A DNA stretch of 60,363 bases, filler included, from Sphacelaria rigidula (taxonomy: Eukaryota), in assembly GCA_964200075.2 (NCBI GenBank). It is 5 parts of 5 records of this genome, joined end to end, with 100 filler letters (N's around TTAATTAATTAA, not from the genome) between each part and the next. Parts side by side here need not be neighbours in the genome. Positions count along the whole stretch, not along the records: positions 1 to 11,994 come from CAXNAA020004260.1; positions 12,095 to 24,087 come from CAXNAA020004261.1; 3 more parts are not named here. The stretch is one strand, 5' to 3'. Numbering within the stretch: the first letter of the stretch is position 1; each line of letters opens with the position of its first letter. Positions 1-12,648 of the stretch are shown in pieces. The notes under the pieces are model-generated. The model did not search any database and was not told where the DNA came from. It saw nothing but the letters and a program-made list of their open reading frames with translations. The position numbers were made by a program, and so were the translations under genes.

Positions 1-240
1 GTAGCGCTTAGACGCAGGGGTTGATCAAAAGATGCCGCACACTGAATGACGGCGGTTTTTCTGTTGGACTGCTCATGATCATGCTTTCGCTGCCGCGCAG
101 AAACTGCTGGGTTAGCGACACATGGTCGAAACCGGTTGCGAACCCCGAGCCTTTTGAACAAAATAAAAGAAATCTCGATGGTCCGTTGAACCTCACTTGA
201 ATGTTGAACCTCAAAAACGAATCCAGGCTGTTACGTTTTT

Positions 241-510
241 GAGTGATGGTACGGTAGGGGTGCACGTGAATATTTTCTTGGGTTAAAATTGCTAGGGTTT
301 CCTTTAACGCTTAATCTCATCCAAAATACGGCTCATGAAAAATGTGAGAGTGCGTTCAGTCTCAGAGACCTACTACTCGATCGAACTGTTCTATTTTCTG
401 GTGAAAGCTGCAAGGAAGGCATTTGAGTCTTGGAGGCGAAGAATGAAATGTTCAATTTTTTTTCGCAGTCCACGCGTTCTTGTGCGGCTACTGTATGTAG
501 CTATTGTACC
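241..510. mobile_element. Degenerate copy of Harbinger/Tourist-like MITE family A
   Basis: Left end GAGTGATGGTACGGTAGGGGTGCAC matches the terminal inverted repeat (TIR) of the copies at 10115 and 36491. The right end is decayed, so that boundary is approximate. Confidence 0.45.
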
Positions 511-1163
511 TAGAAGTGTGAGAAAGTGATTACCGAATTAATCCATTGTATGCCAGCGTGATTTTGGGCCGAACGCGTCTTGAGCCACACCTTATCACGG
601 CACATGGGTGTCGTGCCATGGTGTATCCCGGAGGGTAACGTGCAGGACGGCTCGGATACTTCTGAGGATACCTTGATAGCGCTCTTCCAAACCAGCTCCG
701 AAATTACCATGAAGAGAATGGCGATATATCGTATGACAGCTGGTTTTAGACTGCATGAAGCACCTCTATTATATGAGCGACATGGGCGCAAATGTTCTCA
801 CGTGTGGAGAATGAAAGTTCCGCGGTCTCCGTGTGCTCGGCTTCTGTCATCTTCATTTGCATGAGACATTGTCTTCTCACACGAGCTACGTTTCTGGGGG
901 GGGGGGGGGGGGGGGGCGGGGCTATCGTAACATCACTCCTGGCCGATTACAATGTTGATACACTTCAAGTGCTATGTGCAAGTGTAGTGATCAATGTCGG
1001 GCTGGCGTACGACCAACGGGAATCAAGTGCGCTCGAGTCTAGTGTGTTTACGAAAACAACAAAACAAGATCTGAACATTGCTCGCCGACTGCTCTTCGGT
1101 TCCCGAGTCCTAAGCTTCGCCTGGCTGCATCATAACCATATACTCACATATTTTCGCAGTAAC

Positions 1164-4100
1164 ATGCGTCAACTCTCTATCGTACCTATAGCTGTCGGTG
1201 TCTACATGCTTCAAGCATTCGCTGCCGCCAGTACGTCAGAGCCTCTACCCGCAAGAACACACCATACATCACAACATGGTCTCGACCGACATCCGAGACC
1301 ACCGCAGAATTCTGCCGCACACCACGTGCACTCGACATCAAGAACCACAGCAGGCTCGTCACCTCGGCCGCCGGTAGTGTTGGAGTTCCTCACGCCCAAC
1401 GGATCTATGGTGAATGGTCCCGCCATTGAGCTCTTGTATACCTTCCGAACTATGAGAAGTCGGACGGGAGGACGTGAGCTAACACAACAGGAAGTGCACG
1501 ATCTTGCACTGGACGGTATCACGATGTGTTTTCAGGTTTTGAGCTTCATGATCATCACCAGCTGTTCGCCGGTTACCCAGGCGCCGTTGACGATTCAGAA
1601 TGCACTACCCGCGGCATGGCATAAGGTAGCAGGGTGGCTGCTATATGATGCACCCACGTCTTCAAATGCGGAGTCTGCTTCCGCAGCTCTATTTAGGTCT
1701 GGTGAGGATGGCCGAGACGAGGTTATTCAAAATGCTGGAGCCGGTGCGGGGGACAGCGTTTCTGTCTTTTTGAGCCTTGATGGTCATCCTGACCTTCCCT
1801 TATGCGGCGAGAGCGCGTGTTTGGAAAGTAGCGATGCGCGTTCGACATACTTTGACCAAATTTACAAGTGAGTATCGTCAGTCATGAAATGCCGCAGTAC
1901 TATCTGGAGCCTTCGACCTTTGTGCTACTCGTTGAAAGTGCGTCTATCGTCATCGGTAATTTAAGTGGTGACCATACGGATGGATGGAGTTGGCAACTGA
2001 GCGAGGCACGTTTCATTGTCACACTGACCCATTGTTGTCGACTCCCTACAGGGCGCCACAGCAACCTCGGCCAATTAACCAGAGAACAATATCAAGTAGT
2101 ATGAAGCACCAATACCGAAGATGTGGGTATCACGTACCGCAGCAACGGTGCATGCTGCGCGGGATATTAGTTTAATAAACACGCAAGAATAGTGGCGACA
2201 AATATGCGGAGACAGGTGTCCCATTTTGTTTTCACCTGCTGAAGACAAGCTCACGTCCACCGCCATACGCGTAGTCCTTCAGACCATGGGGGAAACAATG
2301 CATTCTCTCATTGTTCGTGATATTTCATTATTTTCACAAAGCCTCTGTGAAAGCATTTAAGGTAAACCTGTTTTTGAATCGCGGGATGGTGACCTGGATG
2401 ATGTACGCACCTTTCTCCCTTGTGTGAACTAGGCGGAAAAACTGGCGGAGAGGGGAATCCTCAAGTGGGGAAGGATCGGAGGTATCGTCCACCACAACCA
2501 TTCGATCCACAGTCGAACAAGTCATCCCCAATTATGAAGTGACCAGTATACTAGATGCACCGTGCGGTGATCTCACATGGATGCCCTTGGTCAAGGGGAT
2601 AGGAAATGTTCGTTACACGGGCGCGGATATCTCCGCGACGATTGTGGAAGATAACAGACGCAAGTTCGGGCAAGTTGGCGTGCAGGCAGCTACTAGGGAC
2701 TCAGATGCGGTGAGAACGAAATATCGCAAGGGGCTCAGCGTGTGAACTTCTAGGGACGTGAGTTCGACTATATGGAAGGCGAGCTCCTCTTGGAAAATGT
2801 CTGCACAAACCACTATTCTTGGGGTTGGGGACCACTCCCTACTTCACTGTAGGTTCCAACAGGATATCTATAGCAATAGAGTGAGTGCAGAAGGCTAGTA
2901 CACCCTGTGTCCAGCCTCGCTCTAACGGGCGCTGGTAAAGTAGACTTCGAGTGATTTTATTAGGTCCGGGCACATCATACCTCTCCCGCTAGTTTCAAAG
3001 AAGAGCAATGCTACGGTAGGGGTGCACTTTTTACTCGACATCTTGCCTGGGTCAGGGGCTCCCAAAGATTCTAGATGCTCAAGAGTATAGGTCAGGGCAC
3101 CCTCGTTTGCTAATGTATCCGGAGCATCCCCAGCACACTGGAATAGTAATCCTGGCGTATTCTCACATACTGTACTGCAGTCTCTACATTCTAGCATATC
3201 CTCTTAAGGCTTGCATCACCCGTAGCTACGAAATGTACTCCTCAGAATGTAAACTTGAGCTCCACTTTACATACATTAGCAATGTCGATTATATCATTTG
3301 ATACTAACGCGCACAGCCGAACTCAACACGATTGTGTTTAAAACAATCGTTCAAACACCCATGAATATCATTCCATCACGTAGAAACTCTATTTTCCCCC
3401 GACTTTTGATGAAGATTAACCGCTTGCTGCGAGTCGGTATCCATGTGTCCACAGCTACCGTCTTGTTTGCAATGAACCAGCTCACGTGGTGAAAGTCGGT
3501 GTATACGTGTTGAGTACAAAATAAAATCGACTCAGCCTTGCTGATCCTGATGGCGTCCATGTTGTCCCCGTGGATGGTGGAAGAGTATTGTCGATCGAAT
3601 CCCATGGTCCTGAGAAGATGTCGAAAATGAAGTACCCTGTGACCTCGGTTGTTGAAGTGGTGACTACTGTCTGCAGCTCCGGAGTCCAGTTCATTGGCCT
3701 GCTTGCTAGGTCGAAGGCAGCGCCTGTCATTGAAAATTCTTGCTCTCGGTCTCCGGCAAAGTCGAAATCTACGCACTCCTCTGTTCTCCGAATTCAATAT
3801 CACTGTTGTACCTTATCCCGACACCAATCGCCCCCTCCAAGTACCTAGTGGCTCATTTCAGTCATGATGAGGCCTTCGATCCTAAGTTAGACATTTTCCT
3901 CGTCAGCACCATGACCGCGTGTGTCATACCAGGTCTTGTGCCTCTGCTTAGGTAGAGCAAAGCTCCGGTACCTTAACGGGAGCATGTCGTGTTTTCTAGC
4001 GATTCATTGTCCTTGTCGAGTATCTTGATCGTTCCTTGAGCTTCAGCTGGCATCTTTTATGGCCGCGCATCGCTCATACCGGATGATTTGATAATCGATT

Positions 4101-7100
4101 TCGCGTACGCCTCTCGGGCTATTGTGATGGATCTCGCGTCATCGTCTCGCATGCTTGGGATATCAAGTAAATTCGGCGTCGTCAAGGCCCACGGTCTGAA
4201 ACCTATTCTTGAGCTTCTAGATGATTCCTTTGATTTTAACTTGTCGCTGCCAGTCATTAGGGTGTTGCCTGAGTAAATTCAAAGAATGACTCTCCCGTCA
4301 CCTATGCTGTGAACACAACGGTCAGCAGCGCTGGAAATAAATCCGAGTGTGAGTGAAAATACCTGGTTAGTCTCATGTGACCTACGAGGGGAGAGGCGTA
4401 GACCGCAGAGCTAAGCTTCGAGATTCCATACGCTAACCCTAACCCTTACCCTGGAGCAAAAACTCCGTTGAGGGTTACAAGGGTCGTGCGCGGGTGGATC
4501 ATCCTCGCCCGTGTGTGTCTGAAGGAAAGCAGTCTTGATGTCCTGCATTCCTGACTACTTTTATTGTGTACCACGTTGGCGATGGCCACACAATCAGACT
4601 CTAGAGAAGCGACTGGTGCTGCCTTGTCAACTCAGGTGTCCGTGGAACCCCTCGAACCACGGTTCGAGTTTTGAACCTGGCGAATATCGCATCAATATCA
4701 CTTTTCGTTCGAAACAAAAACCTTGACAGTATCACCTGACATTCGTCCGGCAGGTCAACCCAGTCAAAGACGTCGTGGTCGTAGAGATATCTCGTCCCCT
4801 CCAAGCTCGCACGCCACCTAGCGCCATTAGACCTGCTAGTAGTCTCTTGATAACTTCGACGGACATCCTTTAGGCAGGATGCAATCCTTGGATGAGACAA
4901 GCCGGAAGCTGAACGTGTCCCTGTAATCAGCGCGTACTCCGCACGATCGAAGTCTATTTTGCATCGACTTTCAGTGAACAATGTTACCCGCTACGCGGTA
5001 GTCCGCGTTGATGCGCGCTCTTCCTGACTGGAGGTGCTGCCGTGGCCACCGACGCTGTCTGAGATATCGGCGCCGTACCAGCTGGCGCCAGTTCGTCTAG
5101 GGCGTTCTCTGGCTCCTACTCTTCGCAGATATGATCTGATCCATTTCCAGGTGTCGGCATATCCCGAGCTTCCTTCTCACGAAATGAGACCTCAGCACTG
5201 TTGGTAATATCTCGAGACTTCTTAGAGTGCCAGAGTCGATAACTCATGATTTACGTATTGTACCCCACGAGATACACACCTCGGTGGCGAGGGTCGTCAG
5301 TTTCCCGTTCCTCTGGTGTTCCTCGACATGGTTGAAGACGGTGCACCCCCGCTCGTGTAAATGTTTTAGGCTACCAGTGGGCTTGTTTTCTACTACCTCC
5401 GGTGAATCCTCGTCGTCCAAGAAGTCCATCAGCGTTCGATTACGCCGATACACCGTCGTTTTCACGGCCACAGCTCCAAGTGGGAGAGGGAGGTGAGGGG
5501 TGCCAAGCGTAATGGCCCAAGGGTGTGTGGTGATGCCAAATTCTCGCTCAGCGATTGCGTTTGCTTAAGGGCCATACGATGAACCTGTCGTAATTTGATC
5601 CCTAGATTTATCGTAAACTGCTCAAAGCGACGTTTGAGCCCTCGACCTCCGTCACACCTGATGGTGCCGCAGGATAGACTCTCCACGTCAGCAACTCCCG
5701 AGAGTGCTGCTGCCATGTTTTCTATGGGCTTGATCGGAGAGACCCATATCATCCACGAGCTGTTATAGGTTAACACGGCGAGAGATTGGTATCCCCCAAA
5801 TGACTCCTGAGGATATTTTCCCCATAAATCGACGCGAACCAGTTCCAGGCGCTTCTCGTCACGTGGTCGATCGCAATACAAGTGCAAATTTTCCTTGCTC
5901 TTCGACTGTTCACAATTATGACACTCACCCGGCTTTATGATATGTGCAAACGTAACTTCAGTACACTTCTTGCCGGGGAGTTGTCTTAGCGCGCGGGAGT
6001 TACAATGTCCCATTCGGCGATGCCAAAACTCACATGCGGCAACGGTATGATGAAGCCGCTGCGGCTGCCCATTCAGTATCTGAGGAAGAACGAATATCCT
6101 TGGATTTGCAGTCGATATTGGGAATGCTAGGTTACCGTCACACATTTCCAGCGACTTCGAAATGAGATCTATCCTCACCCCCTTCTCGTGCAACGCTCCC
6201 ATGGAAAATGTGCTCGCACCGAGCTCTGGTACGACCAGTACTTCCAGCTGATAAGAACTAGTTTATTTTCGTCACTCGAAAGACGGAATTTCGGTATATC
6301 CTTGCGTTCGGCAAGTGAACGACTCGCGCGATCCGTGTATGTCGATCCAGTAGCCGATTTCATCGACTACATGGTTTTCCAAACTAAACTGTGTGGAGAC
6401 CATGTGTGCCGTCTCTTCCTCCGTTATGGCGGGAAACGCTGAGCAAAAAGCTCTAGTGCTGGGAAGGTCTTGCTCTTGTGTTTGCTGGATTGTCGGGCCG
6501 TTAATCATCGTGATAATCGCTGTCATTGCGGTGTTAGTGTCTAAGCGTTCAATGCTCAGGTGGTAACCATGATGGTTGTCTTCAATGGTCTGGGGATGGA
6601 AGATGACACTTTTCGGTACCGCGGCCATCGCGGCGTCATTGTCCAAGGGTTCAATGGTTGGGTGGACACCATCGTGATGGCCTGTTACAATCTTGACAAC
6701 AAAATGACACTTTTCGGCACCGCGGTCATCGAGGCATCCTCATCCAGGTGTTCACCGCTGGGTTGGGCACCATTTTGGCCGCCTATCATAACACTGAATC
6801 TTTCCTCTTGACACACTTCCCATGTACACCAGTCGTAAGATGTTGTCTCCAATACGGAAGAGGTCAAAGCAATGCTGGCTTGTTGCGTCGGTGGATTCTC
6901 GTCTTCAGCGCGATTTTGCTCCTGACGCGGCGGGCATCGTTCGTGCTTGTGCTCGGTTGAGACGCGACAGCATCGACAACGTCCGTGGCGACCCACTCCG
7001 TTACGTACTTTCCGACAGCCTCCTTGACCGGAAGTCGAAACTTTTCCTGCTAGATCACTTGTCGCGATGACGCTGCTGGAAGCGTCAAGAGGGTTCGAGC

Positions 7101-9482
7101 TTCTCCCTGACTTGGTATCACGGCCTCGTCCGTGTCCGCGTGTACGACCGTTGCTACGGCGGCCTCCACACCCGTCTTCATGCGTGACAGTGCTTGGCTG
7201 CGCGTTTATCGTTTGAGCCTCCACGCGATCGATCGCCTGTCTGTACCCTACTCCAGAGTTGAACAGCGTCAAATACCGAAGCTTGAGTTGCGACATCGTC
7301 GAAGGTGGCAACACGATCCCGGTGCTGGTTTGAAAGGATCGCAATTTTTAGCGACTCGGAATGGGAGTCAGGCAATGCTTTCATCAATACGTGCCCCTGA
7401 CGAGCGAGAAATACACTGTCTCCGAGTCAAGAGAGTCCAGTAAACATGCGGCATAACTCTTGAAGAAGGATCGTATCCATCTTGTGCGGCCACTCTTGCG
7501 AGGGGGTTTCTCTCGTACAATTCCTGCATGCGTGCTTCACCTAAAACTCGGTACTTGTTAAGGAGTGCAACACATGCGCTGTGTCCATGACCAAACTCAG
7601 CTTCTCGAAGCGTTCCTTGCGCTCTCGCCACTTGAGCTGCGACGCCGTTGTACGATTCGGCGTTGTCCGTGACTGCTAGGTGCATTCGAGTGAATAACGA
7701 AACATTCTCTTGATCAAATGCGTGGTTCCTCTTTTTGAAGGCAAATTTCAGGTTTCGGTTGGGCGGTCGCCTCTACTCTAGGGTCGTCCGGCACCATTTT
7801 CGCGCCAGACGTGACTCCCCCTAGGCCTTGCTCATACACGATCATACGTTGCATCGTAATCCAGCAAGGAAACGGATCGGGCTTACCGTTAAACGGGGCA
7901 TATCCTCAACGAAAAACGGATTTTGACCCCAAATCATGTTCATTACGAATGCTCCTACCTCAACAAAATATTTGTAGTAATAGGGTGGTACACCCCGTGT
8001 GCAGCCTCAGTGTAGCTGCCGCAGGTAAAGAAGACGTGCTTTTATTGGGTTGGAGAACATCGTAGTTCTTCCGGCAATTTCAAAGAAACGCATGTCTGAG
8101 TCAAGCAAGTACTGACAATGTCATACTCCACACACAGCTCACAATACCCACCCTTATACTGCAACCTCTCTATCCCAACAATTTCGACTGGCACGACAAA
8201 CAATTCAAACAGAGCATCTGGGGGTAACTAACGACGAGGCTTTTACTCGTGCCGACGTCTTAAGGTGTCGATGATCATGGTTCGACAGTATCCCGACAAC
8301 TTACAGAAGCCCGAAGATTCTTTACTGTGGACAGTTGATAAACAAGGGACTGATTTTGGCAACTGGCCATGTTGAATAAATTATCACAACTGCACTAGGT
8401 GCTGCTGAATGGACAAAAATCTAATACGGCAGAACCAATCATGCACGCCATTTGTATGGTTCCCACCGGAACGGCGTTTGACGCTCGTTCGGAGTGTATT
8501 TACCTGTAAGTCTCTTACTCAAGTCGAACAGGAAACGAGGGAATGATACAGAACTTGAAGAAAAGATGGCAATCCGATCTAACTGGACTCTTCGTGTTCC
8601 GTGTACTCCAATGTGTCATTGTACTCATGAAACCACGGAAGTCAGGATACTCGTGTGGAGATTTGTTCACCATCCCCGCAACGACATTAATGTATGCCCC
8701 CCTGACGTAGCACGGGATTCTTGACACTTTCCCCACAGGAAGTCGAACCCAAGAGAAGAGAAGAGGACAACCTCCTGAGAGTTAATATTTCAATAGGAGG
8801 AGGTGCGGCCACTCTCTCTAATAATGAAAAACCCTTTCTCCTGTTATCTCTGGCGCCTCGACAAATTGTACAGCATCAAGACACATCGCTCGGAACGATG
8901 GACGAGAAGGGTGACAAAGGACTACGCGATCCCGTGTTTGTACAGGTAGATTTGGTCGAGGAAGTCCCAACGGCTAGGGATGGTCAACCTTTCGACCTCA
9001 TTTTCGTCAGGTGCGTCTTGTAGCTCATTTATTCTCAGACCATTCCCTGACCAGGCGACGTACAGGACTCTTTTCAGCTGCTACTGCATCTTTGTGCCGC
9101 TTAGGTCGCACACCACTTCCGCCCACATCCGTTGTTGTTTATCACATGTGTTTGCCTGTTCGCTAACTTCAGGGATATGATGCTCCACCTGCCTACACGG
9201 CACAACTTGCGGGTACTGGAGAATGTACAGGCGAGCGGGGCGCGTTTGTTTATGGCATCAACGTTCCTCAACGGCGACGAAAACGTTTTAGCAGATACCT
9301 TCGTGCCTGCCAGGGGACACTTAATAAGTCTCGCAAAGGCGCCGTACTGCTTGCGGCCTCCCATCGCACTCTACCACGATGACAGCACGGGTTATGCTGA
9401 TCACCATATGGGATTGTGGGAGCTGGATCCCGCGCGACCGCTGATTGGGGGCGGGGATTGCGGTCAGACTCCTTGGAGCTAA
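1164..9482 (+). CDS. Class I SAM-dependent methyltransferase with N-terminal signal peptide/anchor; 4 exons: 1164-1867, 2433-2709, 8739-9010, 9173-9482 (520 aa)
   Basis: All introns are GT-AG with matching phases, and the exons total 1563 nt = 521 codons. Motifs: FDQIYK..W...SSSGEGS, SILDAPCGDLTWM (motif I), YTGADIS (motif II), FVQVDL, FDLIFVRDMMLHL, LENVQASG, STF, MGLWEL. Hydrophobic N-terminus MRQLSIVPIAVGVYMLQAFAAA. Confidence 0.88.
3003..3282. mobile_element. MITE family A copy in intron 2 of the methyltransferase gene
   Basis: Starts GAGCAATGCTACGGTAGGGGTGCAC and is colinear with the 10115-10371 copy over about 250 bp. Right TIR is decayed. Confidence 0.7.
3351..8180 (-). mobile_element. 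Decayed Ty1/Copia LTR retrotransposon (gag-PR-INT-RT-RH), intronic and antisense to the host gene
   Basis: Minus-strand fragments in Copia order: decayed zinc knuckle (~6980-6930), WHRRMGH..CHNCEQSK, LELVRVDLWG and IRCDGG (integrase), RFLFRTK..RFKTRTVVRG, DIKTAFL, LCGLRLSPR (RT), and IHGDNMDAI..HV..DFHH (RNase H). Many stops and frameshifts. LTRs are not confidently delimited; TGTTGGG at 8180 is a candidate 5' end. Confidence 0.88.
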
Positions 9483-10114
9483 AGGATCGAGTAGATCAAT
9501 TATATAGATCCATGCAAGCCATAAAGTGCTAGCATCCGATCCATGCACTAGCTCAAGCCAACTTCTGAGTATCCTTGCTTGACCGGCTACTCAATTCTTT
9601 GGAAGTCTGGTGGTTTCCTGTGTGGTCGTGCACGTGGCCTGTGGAGTTGAAGTGTTCGGCGCGCATTGGGTTCCACGAGATGGGCATCTAGCAGTAACCC
9701 ACGGGCAATGCCCATACGGTTTGGTCGTCTGTGCCTGTTGATAAAATATGGTTGGTGGGTTCGGTCGGTGTGCGTAGGTATTTGTTAGGCGGCCGCCGTG
9801 TTGTATTTGTGTTGTCAGTTCTGATAAGATCGCAACAGCGGAACTGAAAATCCGTGTTCAAATGTTCCGAAATTACATATGACAATACCATTGATATCAG
9901 AAATGACCCATTCCCATCACATTGATATCAGATATGATCTGCCACCATAACATGGATATTACTCATCCCTCGCATTGTTTTCATGTACTAGGGATATCAT
10001 TTAGCACTGATATTTGTACTACTGGATTCAGGTTCATGGCATACTGAGCGCCCACTAAGGTCCATTATTGTCGACACTGTGTTTCGGAGATCTTAGGAAT
10101 TTTCGGGCTTTCGG

Positions 10115-10371
10115 GAGCAATGCTACGGTAGGAGTGCACTTTTTGCGCGAAATATTGTCTAGGTCAGGGGCTCCTTACGATTCTAGATGCACAAGAATAT
10201 GGGTCAAGGCATCCCCGTTTGCAGATTCATTCAGGATATCCCCAGCACATTGGAGTGGTAATCTTGGCGTACTCTCGCATATTTATATAAGTCATGTTTT
10301 GCATTAGATAGAGGGCCTCTAACAATTATAACCTCAGAATATATTTGTGCACCCCTACCGTAGCATAGTAT
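10115..10371. mobile_element. MITE family A (Harbinger/Tourist-like)
   Basis: 20-bp TIR pair ATGCTACGGTAGGAGTGCAC (10120-10139) and GTGCACCCCTACCGTAGCAT (10347-10366); non-coding, about 255 bp. Confidence 0.8.
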
Positions 10372-11926
10372 TCGGGACTCTGCCTTCAGACTTCCCCCAA
10401 AACGAAGTGACTTGATTTTTCTCCGAAGCTTCCCTTTTGGATAACTCCGAAGAATTCTGATTGCAACGCACTATTTTTCGAGGGCTGCCCTGTGTGACCG
10501 CCGTGGCGCTCGCGAACGTTTGAGAGTCATCAGGTACCGTACCAGTCCCGAAAAGTTTGAAGATGTCTGGAAGATAGTGCCGAAAATATTGAGCCTAAGG
10601 ATTACATATTGGTGGACCGGTTGGGGATGAGGAAGATTGGGTGGCTCGCGTGCTTGGACCCTGTGTCTTCTTCGGCATTAGGAACGGAAACCGTTCTCAA
10701 TCAAGTACCACATGGTGATTACAAGCAAACGACCGGAACGTCTCCCACGCTAAGAAATCCCGTGGTCTAAATGCGTTCTTTCTCGCTGCCAGAGCTCAAC
10801 CGCATCGTTGTAAACGTGTCTACATTTCAAGAGGGGTGTGATCTTATATCGAGCACAACATAAAATGTATGTGTCTGAGAACATGGCGGAACCTGATGAC
10901 AACGGAAAGCGAAGCTGTGTCTACTCTCATGTTCTAGTGCATGTGCAAAATGCGAGTATCGCCACAGCTCTTACTGCCCATTTTGCTTTCCCAACCACAC
11001 GGGTCAAGAAATTCGAGGCACAAAATAAAGTGATACTTAGAACTAAGCCTACGAAACTGCACGAGCCAGCCTCGGGAGAATGAAATTCCTATTGAACAGC
11101 TGATGTCTTGTCCGATACCTAGGATCATTCGTCACACGAGCAAGCCATTCTTCGTTTGCCTGAATATCATTTTAAACCGAGCAAGCTGTCATTACCCTGC
11201 ATACAACTCGGAATACACCTCTGAAACAGTACCCTCTGCTTCACGGTACAGCAGCTGCCACACGGAAACAACAACGAGTCCGCGATGATTAGATTCCTCC
11301 AATCAATATCAAAATCTGCAGCTTTGACGTGAATACTCAGTACAGCCCCAACAATCGCCACAGCACCTACTCGTGGGGGAAGAAATGTCGTTGTCTTTTC
11401 AAAGTCCGACATCATCCAGTGAAATCGCATAAATCCGTCATTTCACAACAGTAGTCAGTTGTGAAAGCCCAAACCGATATAGTGAATTCCCCTATTGGTG
11501 TACGTCGAGAGGGAAATATCGGGTAGAATAATATGCTACCGCATCTTACTTCCACGAGTAAAGGCTTCAACGCTTTTCGAGGGTTCATCGGCTGGATGGT
11601 GTGTCTTCCGAGCCGATTCTGCCGCAGAAAATGAAAGCAAACCTTCCTGATCCGAAAAAACACGAAACTGAGCGTCTTCATTGCGTGTCCAACCCGTCAC
11701 ATGACCACCCTAAAGCAGCGAAGGAAAACAACGAACGGCCAAAAGACCAGGGTCACCAACAAAGGAGCACCATCGATGACCGCACGCGATTTTTCCGAAA
11801 TTCAATTTCTAACGCATGGCCATGTAACCATTCATATTTGCTGAAAAGCCTGTGAGCATGGGGGCACGCCCCTTCGATTTACTGTGTGTGCCAATCAGCA
11901 TACATGAAAAACGATACATTTATTAT

Positions 11927-11994
11927 AAACAGCCAATCATCTATGTTGAGGATGGTGCTTTTGATTGAGGATGAGAACCCGGAGGATTAAAATC
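11927..11994. mobile_element. Truncated end of the foldback element family seen at 51288-51733
   Basis: AAACAGCCAATCATCTATGTTGAGGATGG...GGATTAAAATC matches the arm at 51288-51355 and is cut off by the spacer. Confidence 0.7.
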
Positions 11995-12094
11995 NNNNNN
12001 NNNNNNNNNNNNNNNNNNNNNNNNNNNNNNNNNNNNNNTTAATTAATTAANNNNNNNNNNNNNNNNNNNNNNNNNNNNNNNNNNNNNNNNNNNN
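11995..12094. other. Artificial contig spacer N44-TTAATTAATTAA-N44
   Basis: 100 bp; the linker has stops in all six frames; identical to the other three spacers. Confidence 0.97.
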
Positions 12095-12165
12095 AGTTAT
12101 CCACCAATTATTGTTTCTCCCCGGCCTCCCCCCTGTTTCGCTTTTGGGCTTCTTCCCCCCCCCCC

Positions 12166-12213
<48 letters not shown>

Positions 12214-12648
12214 TTTGTGCGCAACCTCCTGCCCGTACCGTTGTGACTACGTTTGGGTTTTCCTCCTCCGGTACGCGCATCCAACGCGTCTTGCTACATG
12301 TTCGCCCAAAAGCTACACTCTTGTATACTGCACGTCGCACACAAACGTGCTAATACGTATATTATCTTGCGCATGCGTTTTTGGGTCGCATCTAATATTC
12401 AAACGCATTTGATTACTGTCAAACGACGTCAGTCAGAACCACACCGAGATGGGGAGCTGTTAGCACACACTTCTTTTCAGTAATCAAGACAAATCGACCA
12501 ACACGCAAGAACTTCCCACAGGGCTGTCGTTCCGCGAATTGCAGCCAGTTGCCGAGATCATCGCTACTGGTTACCACACGCACCACCGCACGTTCTCAAA
12601 ATTCTTCGTCACGACTAGGTTTGTTTTCCCTGTTTTGTTTACTCTCGC

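Noticed and set aside
510..791. Possible first exon of a divergent minus-strand gene
   Set aside because: No good in-frame ATG before the hydrophobic stretch and no recognisable domain.
792..1163. 5' extension of the 359-aa ORF
   Set aside because: It runs through a poly-G tract. The ATG at 1164 precedes a signal-like segment and follows a possible UTR acceptor at 1159.
10450..11700. Possible continuation exons of the discoidin/IPT gene
   Set aside because: This is a different contig across the spacer, and no domain motifs were recognised.
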